The notes under the pieces: generated by a model
What the model was told of the DNA's origin: nothing
What the model saw: only the letters and a program-made list of their open reading frames with translations
The model's database searches: none
Translations under genes and position numbers: made by a program
Assembly: GCA_016840405.1 (NCBI GenBank)
Contig: JAEOSK010000048.1
Span: forward strand, 1 to 14,798
Direction: 5' to 3'
DNA: 14,798 bases
DNA from: Candidatus Hermodarchaeum yapensis
GTDB taxonomy: Archaea > Asgardarchaeota > Hermodarchaeia > Hermodarchaeales > Hermodarchaeaceae
Shown: in pieces, positions 6,492-14,798 of the stretch
Numbering within the stretch: position 1 is the first letter of the stretch
Layout: each line of letters begins with the position of its first letter

Positions 6492-7439
6492 ATGCCAATT
6501 CCTACACACCCCTTTCAAGAGGAACTCATCCAAGCCGTGAAACGGGTCACACCAAGTGTGGTTAGCGTAAGTACTCTTGCGTTAATGCGGAACTTCTATC
6601 GTGTTCACCCAGTGGGCGGGATGGGCTCGGGTGTTGTCTTGGATAATCATAATCACATTGTTACCAATCGTCATGTGGTGGCTAAAGCTCAGAGAATCTC
6701 TGTGGCTGATACAGAGGGGGGACGCCACGATGCTACATTGCTTGGGGGGGATCAACTCATTGACATTGCTGTCCTCAAAGTAGAAGAGGGCAATCTGATT
6801 CCAGCGAAACTTGGTGATTCTGATGAGTTAGAAGTGGGGCAGCTGACCATTGCTGTGGGCAATCCGTACGGATTCATTCTTGGTGGACCTACAGTAACCA
6901 CGGGGGTTATCAGTGCGGTGCAACGGCAGATTCAGGCCAGAAACATTGTGTTGGAGAAGTTGATTCAAACAGATGCGGCGATTAATCCAGGGAATAGTGG
7001 GGGACCGTTGTGTGATATTGATGGGAATGTTATCGGGATCAATACGGCGATGTTACCGTGGGCGCAGGGGATTGGGTTTGCAATTCCCATTAACACGGTG
7101 AAAGAAGTTGCCGAGGAAATCATTGAGTTTGGTCGTGTCAGGCGGGCGTATATGGGGTTTATGGGTGTGGGATTGAATCCACAAATTGCTCGAACCTACA
7201 AGCTACCTGTGAAAGAAGGCGTCTTAATTGCCCAAGTGGTGGATGGAAGTCCAGCGGCACGAGCAGGATTACAAGAAGGCGATGTGATAGTGGCATTTGA
7301 TGGTGAAGCCATTCGGTCGATGGGTGAAATCCAAGAGCAGCTTAGGAAACGGACGGCGGGGAGCCTGTTAGAGGTTACGGTGGCTCGGGGTCAGCGTCGG
7401 CGGGGGATGTCGCTTATTCTGGGGGAGGTTCCAGCGTAA
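6492..7439 (+). CDS. htrA: HtrA/DegP-family trypsin-like serine protease with one PDZ domain
   Basis: GMGSGVV, catalytic triad TNRHVV / DIAVLK / IQTDAAINPGNSGGPL, GIGFAIP, PDZ GSPAARAGLQEGDVI. Confidence 0.95.
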   Translation: MPIPTHPFQEELIQAVKRVTPSVVSVSTLALMRNFYRVHPVGGMGSGVVLDNHNHIVTNRHVVAKAQRISVADTEGGRHDATLLGGDQLIDIAVLKVEEGNLIPAKLGDSDELEVGQLTIAVGNPYGFILGGPTVTTGVISAVQRQIQARNIVLEKLIQTDAAINPGNSGGPLCDIDGNVIGINTAMLPWAQGIGFAIPINTVKEVAEEIIEFGRVRRAYMGFMGVGLNPQIARTYKLPVKEGVLIAQVVDGSPAARAGLQEGDVIVAFDGEAIRSMGEIQEQLRKRTAGSLLEVTVARGQRRRGMSLILGEVPA

Positions 7440-8598
7440 CGTCTTGGGCGGTATCATAGAGTTGCCGGGTGTCGGGTTCTTTCAGTTCTTCCGGTTGGGG
7501 TTCATAGGTGGTGTTTTTGACGAAGAAGATGAGTAGGAAGAAGAAGATTATGTAAAAGAGGAATAGGGCAGAGTAAATGAGATAGACATTGGGGAAGAAG
7601 AGGGCGCTGATAATTAATTCTACACCGACTTGAAGTGAAACGAGGGCGAGTCCGACGATTAGGTATCCCGCTAGGCCTGGGAGGATATTGATGCGAGATT
7701 TGTCCCAGATTGTTGTGACCCAGGAGAGTTTAGGATCCTTTAGGTATTGAATGAGTAAAATTGCTCCGATGATGACACCGATGACCCAGACGACGAGCAT
7801 AATCAACGCTAAGATGACAAGCAGGTTGAAATCGCCCAAGCTTTCGAGGATAAGTTCTGAGAATGCAAAGGCGTTGATGAAACCATGGATGATCATGGGA
7901 AAGAGGACGTTGCGAGTGGCTACATAGGTGAAGCCGAGGAAGAGGCCGAGGGTAAATGTCGTGACGAAATGAGAGATGACAAAGCTGATACTGCCGTTGA
8001 TCACGTCGTTGGGAACGTGGATGAGGGCGAATCCTAGGCTGGAGGCGATGACCGCTGCGAAGTGCCCCATACCCCGGTGTTCGAGGGCAGGGATGAGCAT
8101 ACGGCGAAAGATGAGTTCTTCAAAAATGGCGGCACCAAAAATGACCGTTGCAAAGAGGAGGACAATATTCCAAGGGTTGACAAGATGAGCGGGAGTTAGA
8201 ATGAAACCAGTATAAGATGACTGGATGGGCATTCCAAGGGCAGTAAAGAAGAGCCAGAGAGCCAGAGCGAAGAGCATGGCCATGGTGAGTGCTAGACAGG
8301 CGATTCCGAAGGTCTTGAGGGTTCGTATAATAGTTGGTTTTTGGACCTCAACTAATTTCAAGCGAAAAAGGGGAAGCAGAAAGATGAAAATGACGAGGAT
8401 GCCAACTATTTGTCCAAAAAGATTCACTTGAAGTGAAGCGATGGTGCCATCGGGGATAAGGACGGGAATCCAGAAATTAATGAGTATTAGTCCGATTGCC
8501 CCGATTGCTAGGATGAATAATCCGATGATGAAGAGGAATGTGGGTGTTAAGAAATTGAAGATGCTTTCATCGCGTTCTTTGAAGACCAAAGGATTCAC
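7414..8598 (-). CDS. CPBP (CAAX/Rce1/Abi-type) intramembrane metalloprotease
   Basis: Motifs FEELIFRR, FALIH and HGFIN within a polytopic membrane protein; overlaps the htrA 3' end convergently by 26 bp. Confidence 0.88.
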   Translation of the reverse strand: MNPLVFKERDESIFNFLTPTFLFIIGLFILAIGAIGLILINFWIPVLIPDGTIASLQVNLFGQIVGILVIFIFLLPLFRLKLVEVQKPTIIRTLKTFGIACLALTMAMLFALALWLFFTALGMPIQSSYTGFILTPAHLVNPWNIVLLFATVIFGAAIFEELIFRRMLIPALEHRGMGHFAAVIASSLGFALIHVPNDVINGSISFVISHFVTTFTLGLFLGFTYVATRNVLFPMIIHGFINAFAFSELILESLGDFNLLVILALIMLVVWVIGVIIGAILLIQYLKDPKLSWVTTIWDKSRINILPGLAGYLIVGLALVSLQVGVELIISALFFPNVYLIYSALFLFYIIFFFLLIFFVKNTTYEPQPEELKEPDTRQLYDTAQDVTLEPPPE

Positions 8599-8688
8599 CA
8601 GTTACAATTTAATGACTAAAATGGTTGCAGCACCCTCTCAAACTCATTGTAGATAAGCTTGTTCATCGTCACAAACTCGAATTAGTGT

Positions 8689-9678
8689 TTAGATCGTGTT
8701 TGTCGTTCCACGTTTCATGATTATTGATTGAAATAGCATGGTTAGTGTAATCCTGTTGGTTTGGTGCTGGACAAGAAGGGGAATGGGTTCGAAGGGATTG
8801 ACTTTTCCGAGCCATCGCATGGCTTCGAAGTAGAGAGGCCAATCGGATTCTTCATCGTAGGGTTCGGGGAGAAATTCGGGGGGAAACTCCCAGCCGTCGC
8901 GATCGCTCTGCTCTTCGATTTCACCATGTGGGGCGATAAGGAAGACGCGACCTGCCCCATATTCGCAGGACACAATCGCAGGATCGCCGGTTACATTGTA
9001 GATGCCTAGTACGGAGTATTGGGTTTGATCGTAGGGTTCGATGTAGGGTCCACCGGAGTAAAGCATTTGATAGGCTGGGGGAAGCGAATCAGTGATGGGG
9101 TGGGTGTGGTCAGTGATGTTGATTTGAGTCATAGCATGACCGGGTTCGGGTCTTTCGGCGATTTCAAAGATGGGACCCCAAGCCACGCCTGGGAAGAGGT
9201 CGAGATTTTCTTCGTCGCCTTCCACTTTATAATCGGGAGGCGGAAAGGCAGGATCATCCATCCAAACCATATAGTCACAGGCCCAGTAGGCTCCTGCACA
9301 GATACCCAAATATCCACCACCATTGGTGACAAATTCTTGGATTTTTGTTTTCCCTACCTGTCCCACTTCACCCCAGTAGGCGGGATAATGCCCGCCGGGC
9401 CAGATGAGTACATCAAAATTCACCAAGTCACCAGCTTGGATGTCTGATCCTCGAATGGTTGAAAATTGGCAGCCCATCCATGCAACAAGATTGGGAATGA
9501 CAATATTATCGATGGACCAAGCCCCGTCACCATTATAATAAGCCACGCGAAGGTCCTGCATCCGGCGAAACCGACTTTGGTCCACCATAAAGGTGAATAT
9601 GAAAGGAAAACTAATCCACACTAGTACGATACTCACAATCAATACTGCTGCAAGTGCGATTACCCATCTCCTTCTCAC
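8689..9678 (-). CDS. Membrane-anchored or secreted BPL-N / class I glutamine amidotransferase-like protein
   Basis: N-terminal RRR plus hydrophobic helix; DVLIWPGG, FVTNGGGYLGICAGAY nucleophile elbow, GRVFLIAPHGE. Confidence 0.75.
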   Translation of the reverse strand: MRRRWVIALAAVLIVSIVLVWISFPFIFTFMVDQSRFRRMQDLRVAYYNGDGAWSIDNIVIPNLVAWMGCQFSTIRGSDIQAGDLVNFDVLIWPGGHYPAYWGEVGQVGKTKIQEFVTNGGGYLGICAGAYWACDYMVWMDDPAFPPPDYKVEGDEENLDLFPGVAWGPIFEIAERPEPGHAMTQINITDHTHPITDSLPPAYQMLYSGGPYIEPYDQTQYSVLGIYNVTGDPAIVSCEYGAGRVFLIAPHGEIEEQSDRDGWEFPPEFLPEPYDEESDWPLYFEAMRWLGKVNPFEPIPLLVQHQTNRITLTMLFQSIIMKRGTTNTI

Positions 9679-9813
9679 CGTAGTTTCACCAGGATTCTAT
9701 CGGACTAACTTTGGTATAAATGATTCAATTATTGTGTGAATATTTCTGAAAAAAGTTCGAGAGGAGGAAGAGAGTGATTAGGTTCGAATTTCAAGATTCT
9801 TGAAGTAAAACCA

Positions 9814-10371
9814 TTAGGAGGATTTGTCTTCAATTGCTGCGATAATTGAGGGGGCGAGAAGAAAGAAGGGGCGAATGCTATTCATGCCAGTTTTGGCACT
9901 TGTTTCGACATAGGTGAGAGCTTGCTGGCTGGCGAACTCTTGGACATCATCCTTGGGTACAATCGCGATAAGATCGGCTTTGTTTCCAACGAGAATGCGG
10001 GGGATATCACCACATTCCCGATTCACTTCATCAATCCAGAAACCCATCCGTTCGAAACTTTCGGGATTAGACTGGTCGAATACCAAGATTGCTCCACGAG
10101 CGCCCTTGTAGTATTTTTTGCGAATTGGACCAAACCGTTCTTGGCCTGCCGTGTCCCAGATGGTCATACGGAGTTTTTGGTCACCAACGGTGATATCTTG
10201 GACGAAGAAATTCACTCCGAGTGTGAGAATGTAGCTGGGATTGTACATTCCTTTGACATATCGAACAATTAAACTGGTTTTTCCAACTGCTGGATCTCCG
10301 ACTACGACTACCTTCGCGGAATATGTGTAGGAAGGCGCATCTGCACTGGAATCGCGATTGGGTGGTGTCAT
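9814..10371 (-). CDS. Rab-like small GTPase (Ras superfamily)
   Basis: G1 GDPAVGKTS, G2 TLGVNF, G3 WDTAGQERF, YYKGA, G4 NKAD, G5 ETSAK; no C-terminal Cys prenylation motif. Confidence 0.95.
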   Translation of the reverse strand: MTPPNRDSSADAPSYTYSAKVVVVGDPAVGKTSLIVRYVKGMYNPSYILTLGVNFFVQDITVGDQKLRMTIWDTAGQERFGPIRKKYYKGARGAILVFDQSNPESFERMGFWIDEVNRECGDIPRILVGNKADLIAIVPKDDVQEFASQQALTYVETSAKTGMNSIRPFFLLAPSIIAAIEDKSS

Positions 10372-11186
10372 AGTAGTTCCATCACCAGTTTTTTCGAAAG
10401 GTCGTATTCCTCTAGTCGTTCGTGTTCGGCTTTTATTATGGGGGCATAATGTTCGAAGAACAGGGTTTCATATGTTTGTCGTCGACGTGTCCGGCGAGCA
10501 ATCGCTATGAGTTCTTTCAAGATAAGCTGTAGAGTGTCCACAAGTGCAGGTATTCTTACTCGATCTGGGTTAACTTGGTCATAAGAGACTGAGCCGTGTT
10601 TGTCGACAGTGATGTTCTGGAGTGCGGGATCGGCTTTCAAGTGGGTGTGAAAAATGCGTTCAATATCGGGGTAATACATTTCTAGGGAGCGTTCGGAGAG
10701 CACCTTTTGGAGTGTGAGGTTATAGAATTGAACGTAGACATCAAGGATATCCATAACTTTGGCGGATCGGAGCGAAGCTTCTCCGGTTTCCCAGTGGGAG
10801 ATCAGGCTGTCGAGGAGTTCGTCAAAGATTCTGGCCCGTCGGGGGTCTCGTTGATATACAGGCAGATGGGTGGATACGTCTTCAAAGGTTTCTAGGAATC
10901 TTTCATGGAGCATGTCGAGGTATTCGTTGAAGCGTGAGGGATCTTCAGAGACATCAGTGATGAAGACCAACAGGATGCCGTTGTCATCGTCGACTTTGAA
11001 GAAGAACCGGAAATCCCGCATGGTGACAACGTTGACGTGTTGTTGGGTGATTTTTAGGGCGAGGAGTTCAACGCTGGCTAGGAGTCCGGAGAGGAGTGTG
11101 GGGTTGTCGGAGACTTCGACCCAGGTCCGGTGGTAGATGGGTTGTCCAGCATCCCAGGCGATGACATAGAAACTGTGAATTGCCAT
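10368..11186 (-). CDS. Longin-like domain protein with a helical C-terminal extension
   Basis: MAIHSFYVI..DAGQPIYHR (beta-beta), LLSGLLASV (helix), three strands ending ILLVFITD, then two helices: longin topology. 4-bp ATGA overlap with the GTPase gene. Confidence 0.7.
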   Translation of the reverse strand: MAIHSFYVIAWDAGQPIYHRTWVEVSDNPTLLSGLLASVELLALKITQQHVNVVTMRDFRFFFKVDDDNGILLVFITDVSEDPSRFNEYLDMLHERFLETFEDVSTHLPVYQRDPRRARIFDELLDSLISHWETGEASLRSAKVMDILDVYVQFYNLTLQKVLSERSLEMYYPDIERIFHTHLKADPALQNITVDKHGSVSYDQVNPDRVRIPALVDTLQLILKELIAIARRTRRRQTYETLFFEHYAPIIKAEHERLEEYDLSKKLVMELL

Positions 11187-11540
11187 AATCACTCTACCCG
11201 TATTTTAGAAATCCTGTCCTGAGTTTGATAGTAACGGTTACCGAAGTAATCCTAAATAAAGGGTGCCCCTCTTGCCTATGATTTTCTTGAATCCTCTTGG
11301 TTTACTTAACCGTCTAGTGAAGTCGAGTGGAGGTAGAATTCAATAATTTCATTGAATTTAATGGGTTCTTTTGGCTCCTACACCCGACAAAAATCAAAAC
11401 AGCGAGTTTAACCGTTAAAGTCGAAAACATAATAACACCATGCTTTGAAATACCAGAATACGAATCGGGTTTTTGATTCAATCGGGGAATAGAAAAACTA
11501 GTTCTCTTGATAGATAGTTTCAATCCAAAGGTGTTTCCCA

Positions 11541-12302
11541 ATGACGTCGTTGGATAAGATTACTGAGATTGAAACGGTGGCTAGTCGGGCTTGGCCAGCA
11601 CAGCATACACAGGAATATGGCGGTTGGCTTCTACGAGCTGCCGGAGGAGTTACTCGACGAGCTAATAGCGTGTTACCATTACACGATTCAGCAGCTGAGA
11701 CCCTTGAAGTAGCGTTAGAGTACGTCCAACGGTTCTATCAAAGCCACAAATTACCAGTCCGATTTCAAATGACAAAAGCGAGTCATCCTACTGATCTTGA
11801 TTCCTTCCTGGAATCCAAGGGACTCGTTATCGATATGCCCACTAAGATGTTAACATCACCTTTGGATAGGATGACTCTAGAAGAGCCTGAAATAGCCATT
11901 GTGGTGTTTGGATCCCCTTGGGACGACTGGAATTCCGCCTTTGGAACACTTACAGGATTCGACCAGTCCACTCTTGCAATACGAAGTGATATCATCAATC
12001 GAATACCGTCCAAGAAAGCCTGTGCAGCTGCGATAATGGATCAAAAGGTCATCGGAATAGGCCTTGGAGTCCTTGATGGAGACTGGCTTGGATTATTCGC
12101 ATTAGTAACCCATGAAAATTTTCGACGACAGCATGTTGCAACATCCATTACTCAGAGTCTTGTGAGTTGGGGATTGAGCCAAGGTGCTTCACAAGCTTAT
12201 TTACAGGTTCAAGAGGACAATGTACCAGCCCAGAAATTATATTATGCTCTGGGATTTGAGGACACCTATTCATATTGGTACCGTGTAGCCAGCGAAGCCT
12301 GA
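11541..12302 (+). CDS. GNAT-family N-acetyltransferase
   Basis: AWPA...GWLLR..GG.TRRANS N-terminus; acetyl-CoA motif VTHENFRRQHVA; AYLQVQEDN.PA..LY..LGF. Confidence 0.88.
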   Translation: MTSLDKITEIETVASRAWPAQHTQEYGGWLLRAAGGVTRRANSVLPLHDSAAETLEVALEYVQRFYQSHKLPVRFQMTKASHPTDLDSFLESKGLVIDMPTKMLTSPLDRMTLEEPEIAIVVFGSPWDDWNSAFGTLTGFDQSTLAIRSDIINRIPSKKACAAAIMDQKVIGIGLGVLDGDWLGLFALVTHENFRRQHVATSITQSLVSWGLSQGASQAYLQVQEDNVPAQKLYYALGFEDTYSYWYRVASEA

Positions 12303-12505
12303 TTGACGTTTCACATCGTTGGAGTATTTTCGCGGATGTTCATTAGAAATTATTTCGATTCGCAGATGAACACTAATTGAAAATGACAATTCTTTCAGTG
12401 TTTGTGGTAGTTTTTTTCATTATTCCAAGTTTTTTGGTGGTTTAGTCGGAAGGGTAACACTCAAAGCAAACTTCGACGCTTATTCTACTCGTAGGAGGTT
12501 TGCTT

Positions 12506-12913
12506 GTGTCCAAGAAGGAGAAACGCATCAAAGAACTGATTAAGGAACTCAATAAACCTGGTCGCGAGGGATTACAAGCAAGTACGACATTATCCGAGAT
12601 GGGTGCCCTCCCCGTTCTGCAATTGATGAAGGTTTTAGAAGAAGGGGAGGATGAATATTCCCGAAAACTTGCCGCCCTTTCATTAGGACGGATTGGTGAG
12701 CCAGCGGTGGACCCTTTGCTAGATGCGATGAACCACCCGGATCCTGTCTCCCGCCGCTTCGCAGTTGAAGCGTTAGGCCACATCAAATCTGAGCCTCGCG
12801 TGTTAGGAGCGATTTTCCAAGCCCGCAAGGATCCCGACGAACAGGTTCGCCAGGCTGCTTGGCGAGCTCTCGAAAGGTTACCCCCACGGGATATGGAAAG
12901 CCGACGCGCATAG
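12506..12913 (+). CDS. HEAT-repeat (PBS-lyase-like) protein
   Basis: Repeats RKLAALSLGRIGEPAVDPL, DPVSRRFAVEALGHI, DPDEQVRQAAWRAL; GGAGGT at 12494-12499 favours GTG 12506. Confidence 0.85.
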   Translation: MSKKEKRIKELIKELNKPGREGLQASTTLSEMGALPVLQLMKVLEEGEDEYSRKLAALSLGRIGEPAVDPLLDAMNHPDPVSRRFAVEALGHIKSEPRVLGAIFQARKDPDEQVRQAAWRALERLPPRDMESRRA

Positions 12914-13079
12914 TACCAACCAATGGGTTCGATCAGGTTCTCAACACTCGACCAGTTGGCATTATTAAACAATAATCGTTGCTTTTTCGTGCGAAAGACT
13001 TTTTTTAATTTCACATAGAAAACATAAAAGCAACTTGGACGCTAACTACGTGCTATACGCGTCGTTTGAGGGACATGTA

Positions 13080-14798
13080 TTGGCAAAACCTATTTCTCAT
13101 CTTTTGTTAATCGCAATGCTCTCCCTTGCGATTATTCCTTCGGCTGCAATTTCCACAACAGGGACATCTCTTCCCTCCCTTTCAACATTCACTGTTTCAT
13201 TAGGCCCTGCCGAGAATCATCCAGCAACTCCGGGACCTGATTTAGAGATTACTAATTGGACCCATAATGTGATTGAAAACCCTGGTATGGAAGATTGGTT
13301 TGCAGGAGGTCCGTTAAGGTGGTCACTTTTCAGAAGCACTAAGAGACGCTGTTGGTTTGCTACTGATCCTCCCGACAATGTTAGTCAGGGAACCTACTCT
13401 GCAGGACTCTATACCCAATCTGGAACGAGAACTTCGTCGTCAACCCAATGGTATCAACCCAACGTTTACGGGGATGCACGAAATCTCACCTTAGACTTCG
13501 ACTGGTTGTGCACGCAGGTTGACACTCCTACGGACTCTTACTTCCAAGTAAGTATCCGTTTTACTGATGGTCGCTATGCGAATTATTACATCTGTGGCGG
13601 CACAAACGTTGCCGCAGCGAATTCATCAAATTATGGGTACTTCCATGTGCAAGAGCCAACCGCACAATGGAATATCTTCAGTCGAAACATTACTGCAGAC
13701 TACCTTGCCGTTCCCACCTTTCCTGTATCTCTTCCAGGAGGTTTTCAGGTACGAGGTGTCTGGTTCTATGCATTCTCAGCCATTGGAGGTAATGAAGTCT
13801 ACGCATTCGTTGATGACGTCTATTTGATCAACGGAACAACTACCCATATTGGAGGATCAACTCAGGACGGAAATTTCGAAAGTGGAACAGAAGATCCATG
13901 GCTAAAACTATACGATAGAGACCATAGCTACGTGGAACAAAGTGCGTCTGCTCACGCAGGTGTATCAAGTGCTAACATAACAACTGCCTCCACAGGGTCT
14001 GACTGCGAAGCGTATATCTACAGCTCGCCGAATTACCGATTGACAAGTCAAAATCAGGGGAATTTCGGGTTCTGGTGGCACCTTGAACTCGACAACGTAC
14101 TCTATGGCGACATTGCTCACTTGTACTTCCAATATACGAATTTCACTCATACACTGTATATGTATTATTACTTGGGGTATGGCGGGTTATCGTATGGCAG
14201 TAATACTAGTACATATGGTGCCATCAATGTTGCTGGTTTCAATACAACCGGATCCTGGCAATATTGTGAAAGGAACCTGTGGCAAGACGCGGCATTACTC
14301 TGGGGTTCTGATGACATTATTGTTGAACGAATCTTTCTTAGAACCTCTGGAGATTCAATGGGTACACAGATAGAACTACTCGTCGATGACTTACACTTGA
14401 CTGCTAGAACTATTGCAGATGGTGATTACGAGGATCAACGTGATCGGGGCACAAACATTCTTGGCTGGGGAACCTTCCGCAATAATTACTTCAACGTCAC
14501 AGATCAAGCCTATGATGGGAGTAAAGCTGCGAATTGCTCAGTTCCCACGTTTGATTTCCTCGATGTTACTCAACGTCTGCATTATCGTCCGTTGAACAGC
14601 TCACGAGAGACCTATCTTGATGTGATGTGGCGCCTCAACATCTATTCATCTGGAGAAATATTCTTCACTCTTCCACTCAATGATGGCACATTCTTGAACT
14701 ATGTCTTTGCTACAGATAATTGGGGCAGTTTAGTTAATAATACAGTCAATGCGTATTTCAACGTCACAAATGCTGAAACTACTGGATCCTGGTATCAA
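13080..14798 (+). CDS. Large secreted or surface glycoprotein with tandem CBM/galactose-binding-like beta-sandwich repeats (3' truncated)
   Basis: Hand translation from TTG 13080 (GAGGGA upstream) stays open for 573 codons to the window end; signal-peptide-like MAKPISHLLLIAMLSLAIIPSAA; three repeats; many N-x-S/T sequons. Confidence 0.85.
   Translation, partial: MAKPISHLLLIAMLSLAIIPSAAISTTGTSLPSLSTFTVSLGPAENHPATPGPDLEITNWTHNVIENPGMEDWFAGGPLRWSLFRSTKRRCWFATDPPDNVSQGTYSAGLYTQSGTRTSSSTQWYQPNVYGDARNLTLDFDWLCTQVDTPTDSYFQVSIRFTDGRYANYYICGGTNVAAANSSNYGYFHVQEPTAQWNIFSRNITADYLAVPTFPVSLPGGFQVRGVWFYAFSAIGGNEVYAFVDDVYLINGTTTHIGGSTQDGNFESGTEDPWLKLYDRDHSYVEQSASAHAGVSSANITTASTGSDCEAYIYSSPNYRLTSQNQGNFGFWWHLELDNVLYGDIAHLYFQYTNFTHTLYMYYYLGYGGLSYGSNTSTYGAINVAGFNTTGSWQYCERNLWQDAALLWGSDDIIVERIFLRTSGDSMGTQIELLVDDLHLTARTIADGDYEDQRDRGTNILGWGTFRNNYFNVTDQAYDGSKAANCSVPTFDFLDVTQRLHYRPLNSSRETYLDVMWRLNIYSSGEIFFTLPLNDGTFLNYVFATDNWGSLVNNTVNAYFNVTNAETTGSWYQ

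Noticed and set aside
9630-9637. TACTCACA match in the backbone
   Set aside because: Lies inside a coding region and lacks both arms; expected by chance.
365-11541. Other short track ORFs overlapping ADH, acr3, arsR, htrA, CPBP, BPL-N, GTPase and longin genes, plus 11314-11541
   Set aside because: They overlap well-supported genes, or the promoter region between divergent genes, and show no motifs.
12442-13014. 190-aa minus-strand ORF
   Set aside because: Antisense shadow of the HEAT-repeat gene.
13567-14595. Short ORFs 13567-13827, 13965-14150, 14083-14373 and 14413-14595
   Set aside because: Alternative-frame or antisense shadows within the long open frame starting at 13080.

Overview
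Archaeal DNA, most likely from an Asgard archaeon (inferred from a longin-domain gene coupled to a Rab-like GTPase, GGAGGT-type RBSs and TTG/GTG starts). The window has two parts. (1) 1-6484: six unrelated accessory modules (Zn-dependent alcohol dehydrogenase; GNAT; rhodanese fused to an SOR/ABM-like domain; small ORFs; acr3 + arsR; a small membrane protein). They are separated by seven same-orientation copies of a conserved site with core TACTCACA. The left and right arms of these sites occur in shuffled combinations around the core, and the last site is a perfect palindrome 7 bp upstream of an HtrA/DegP gene. This resembles an integron-like gene-cassette array built on a non-attC recombination site, but no recombinase gene lies in the window. 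(2) 6492-14798: backbone-like genes: HtrA/DegP, CPBP intramembrane protease, BPL-N/GATase-like protein, Rab-like GTPase, longin-domain protein, GNAT, HEAT-repeat protein, and the 5' part of a large secreted repeat glycoprotein (13080 to the window end) that is missing from the ORF track.
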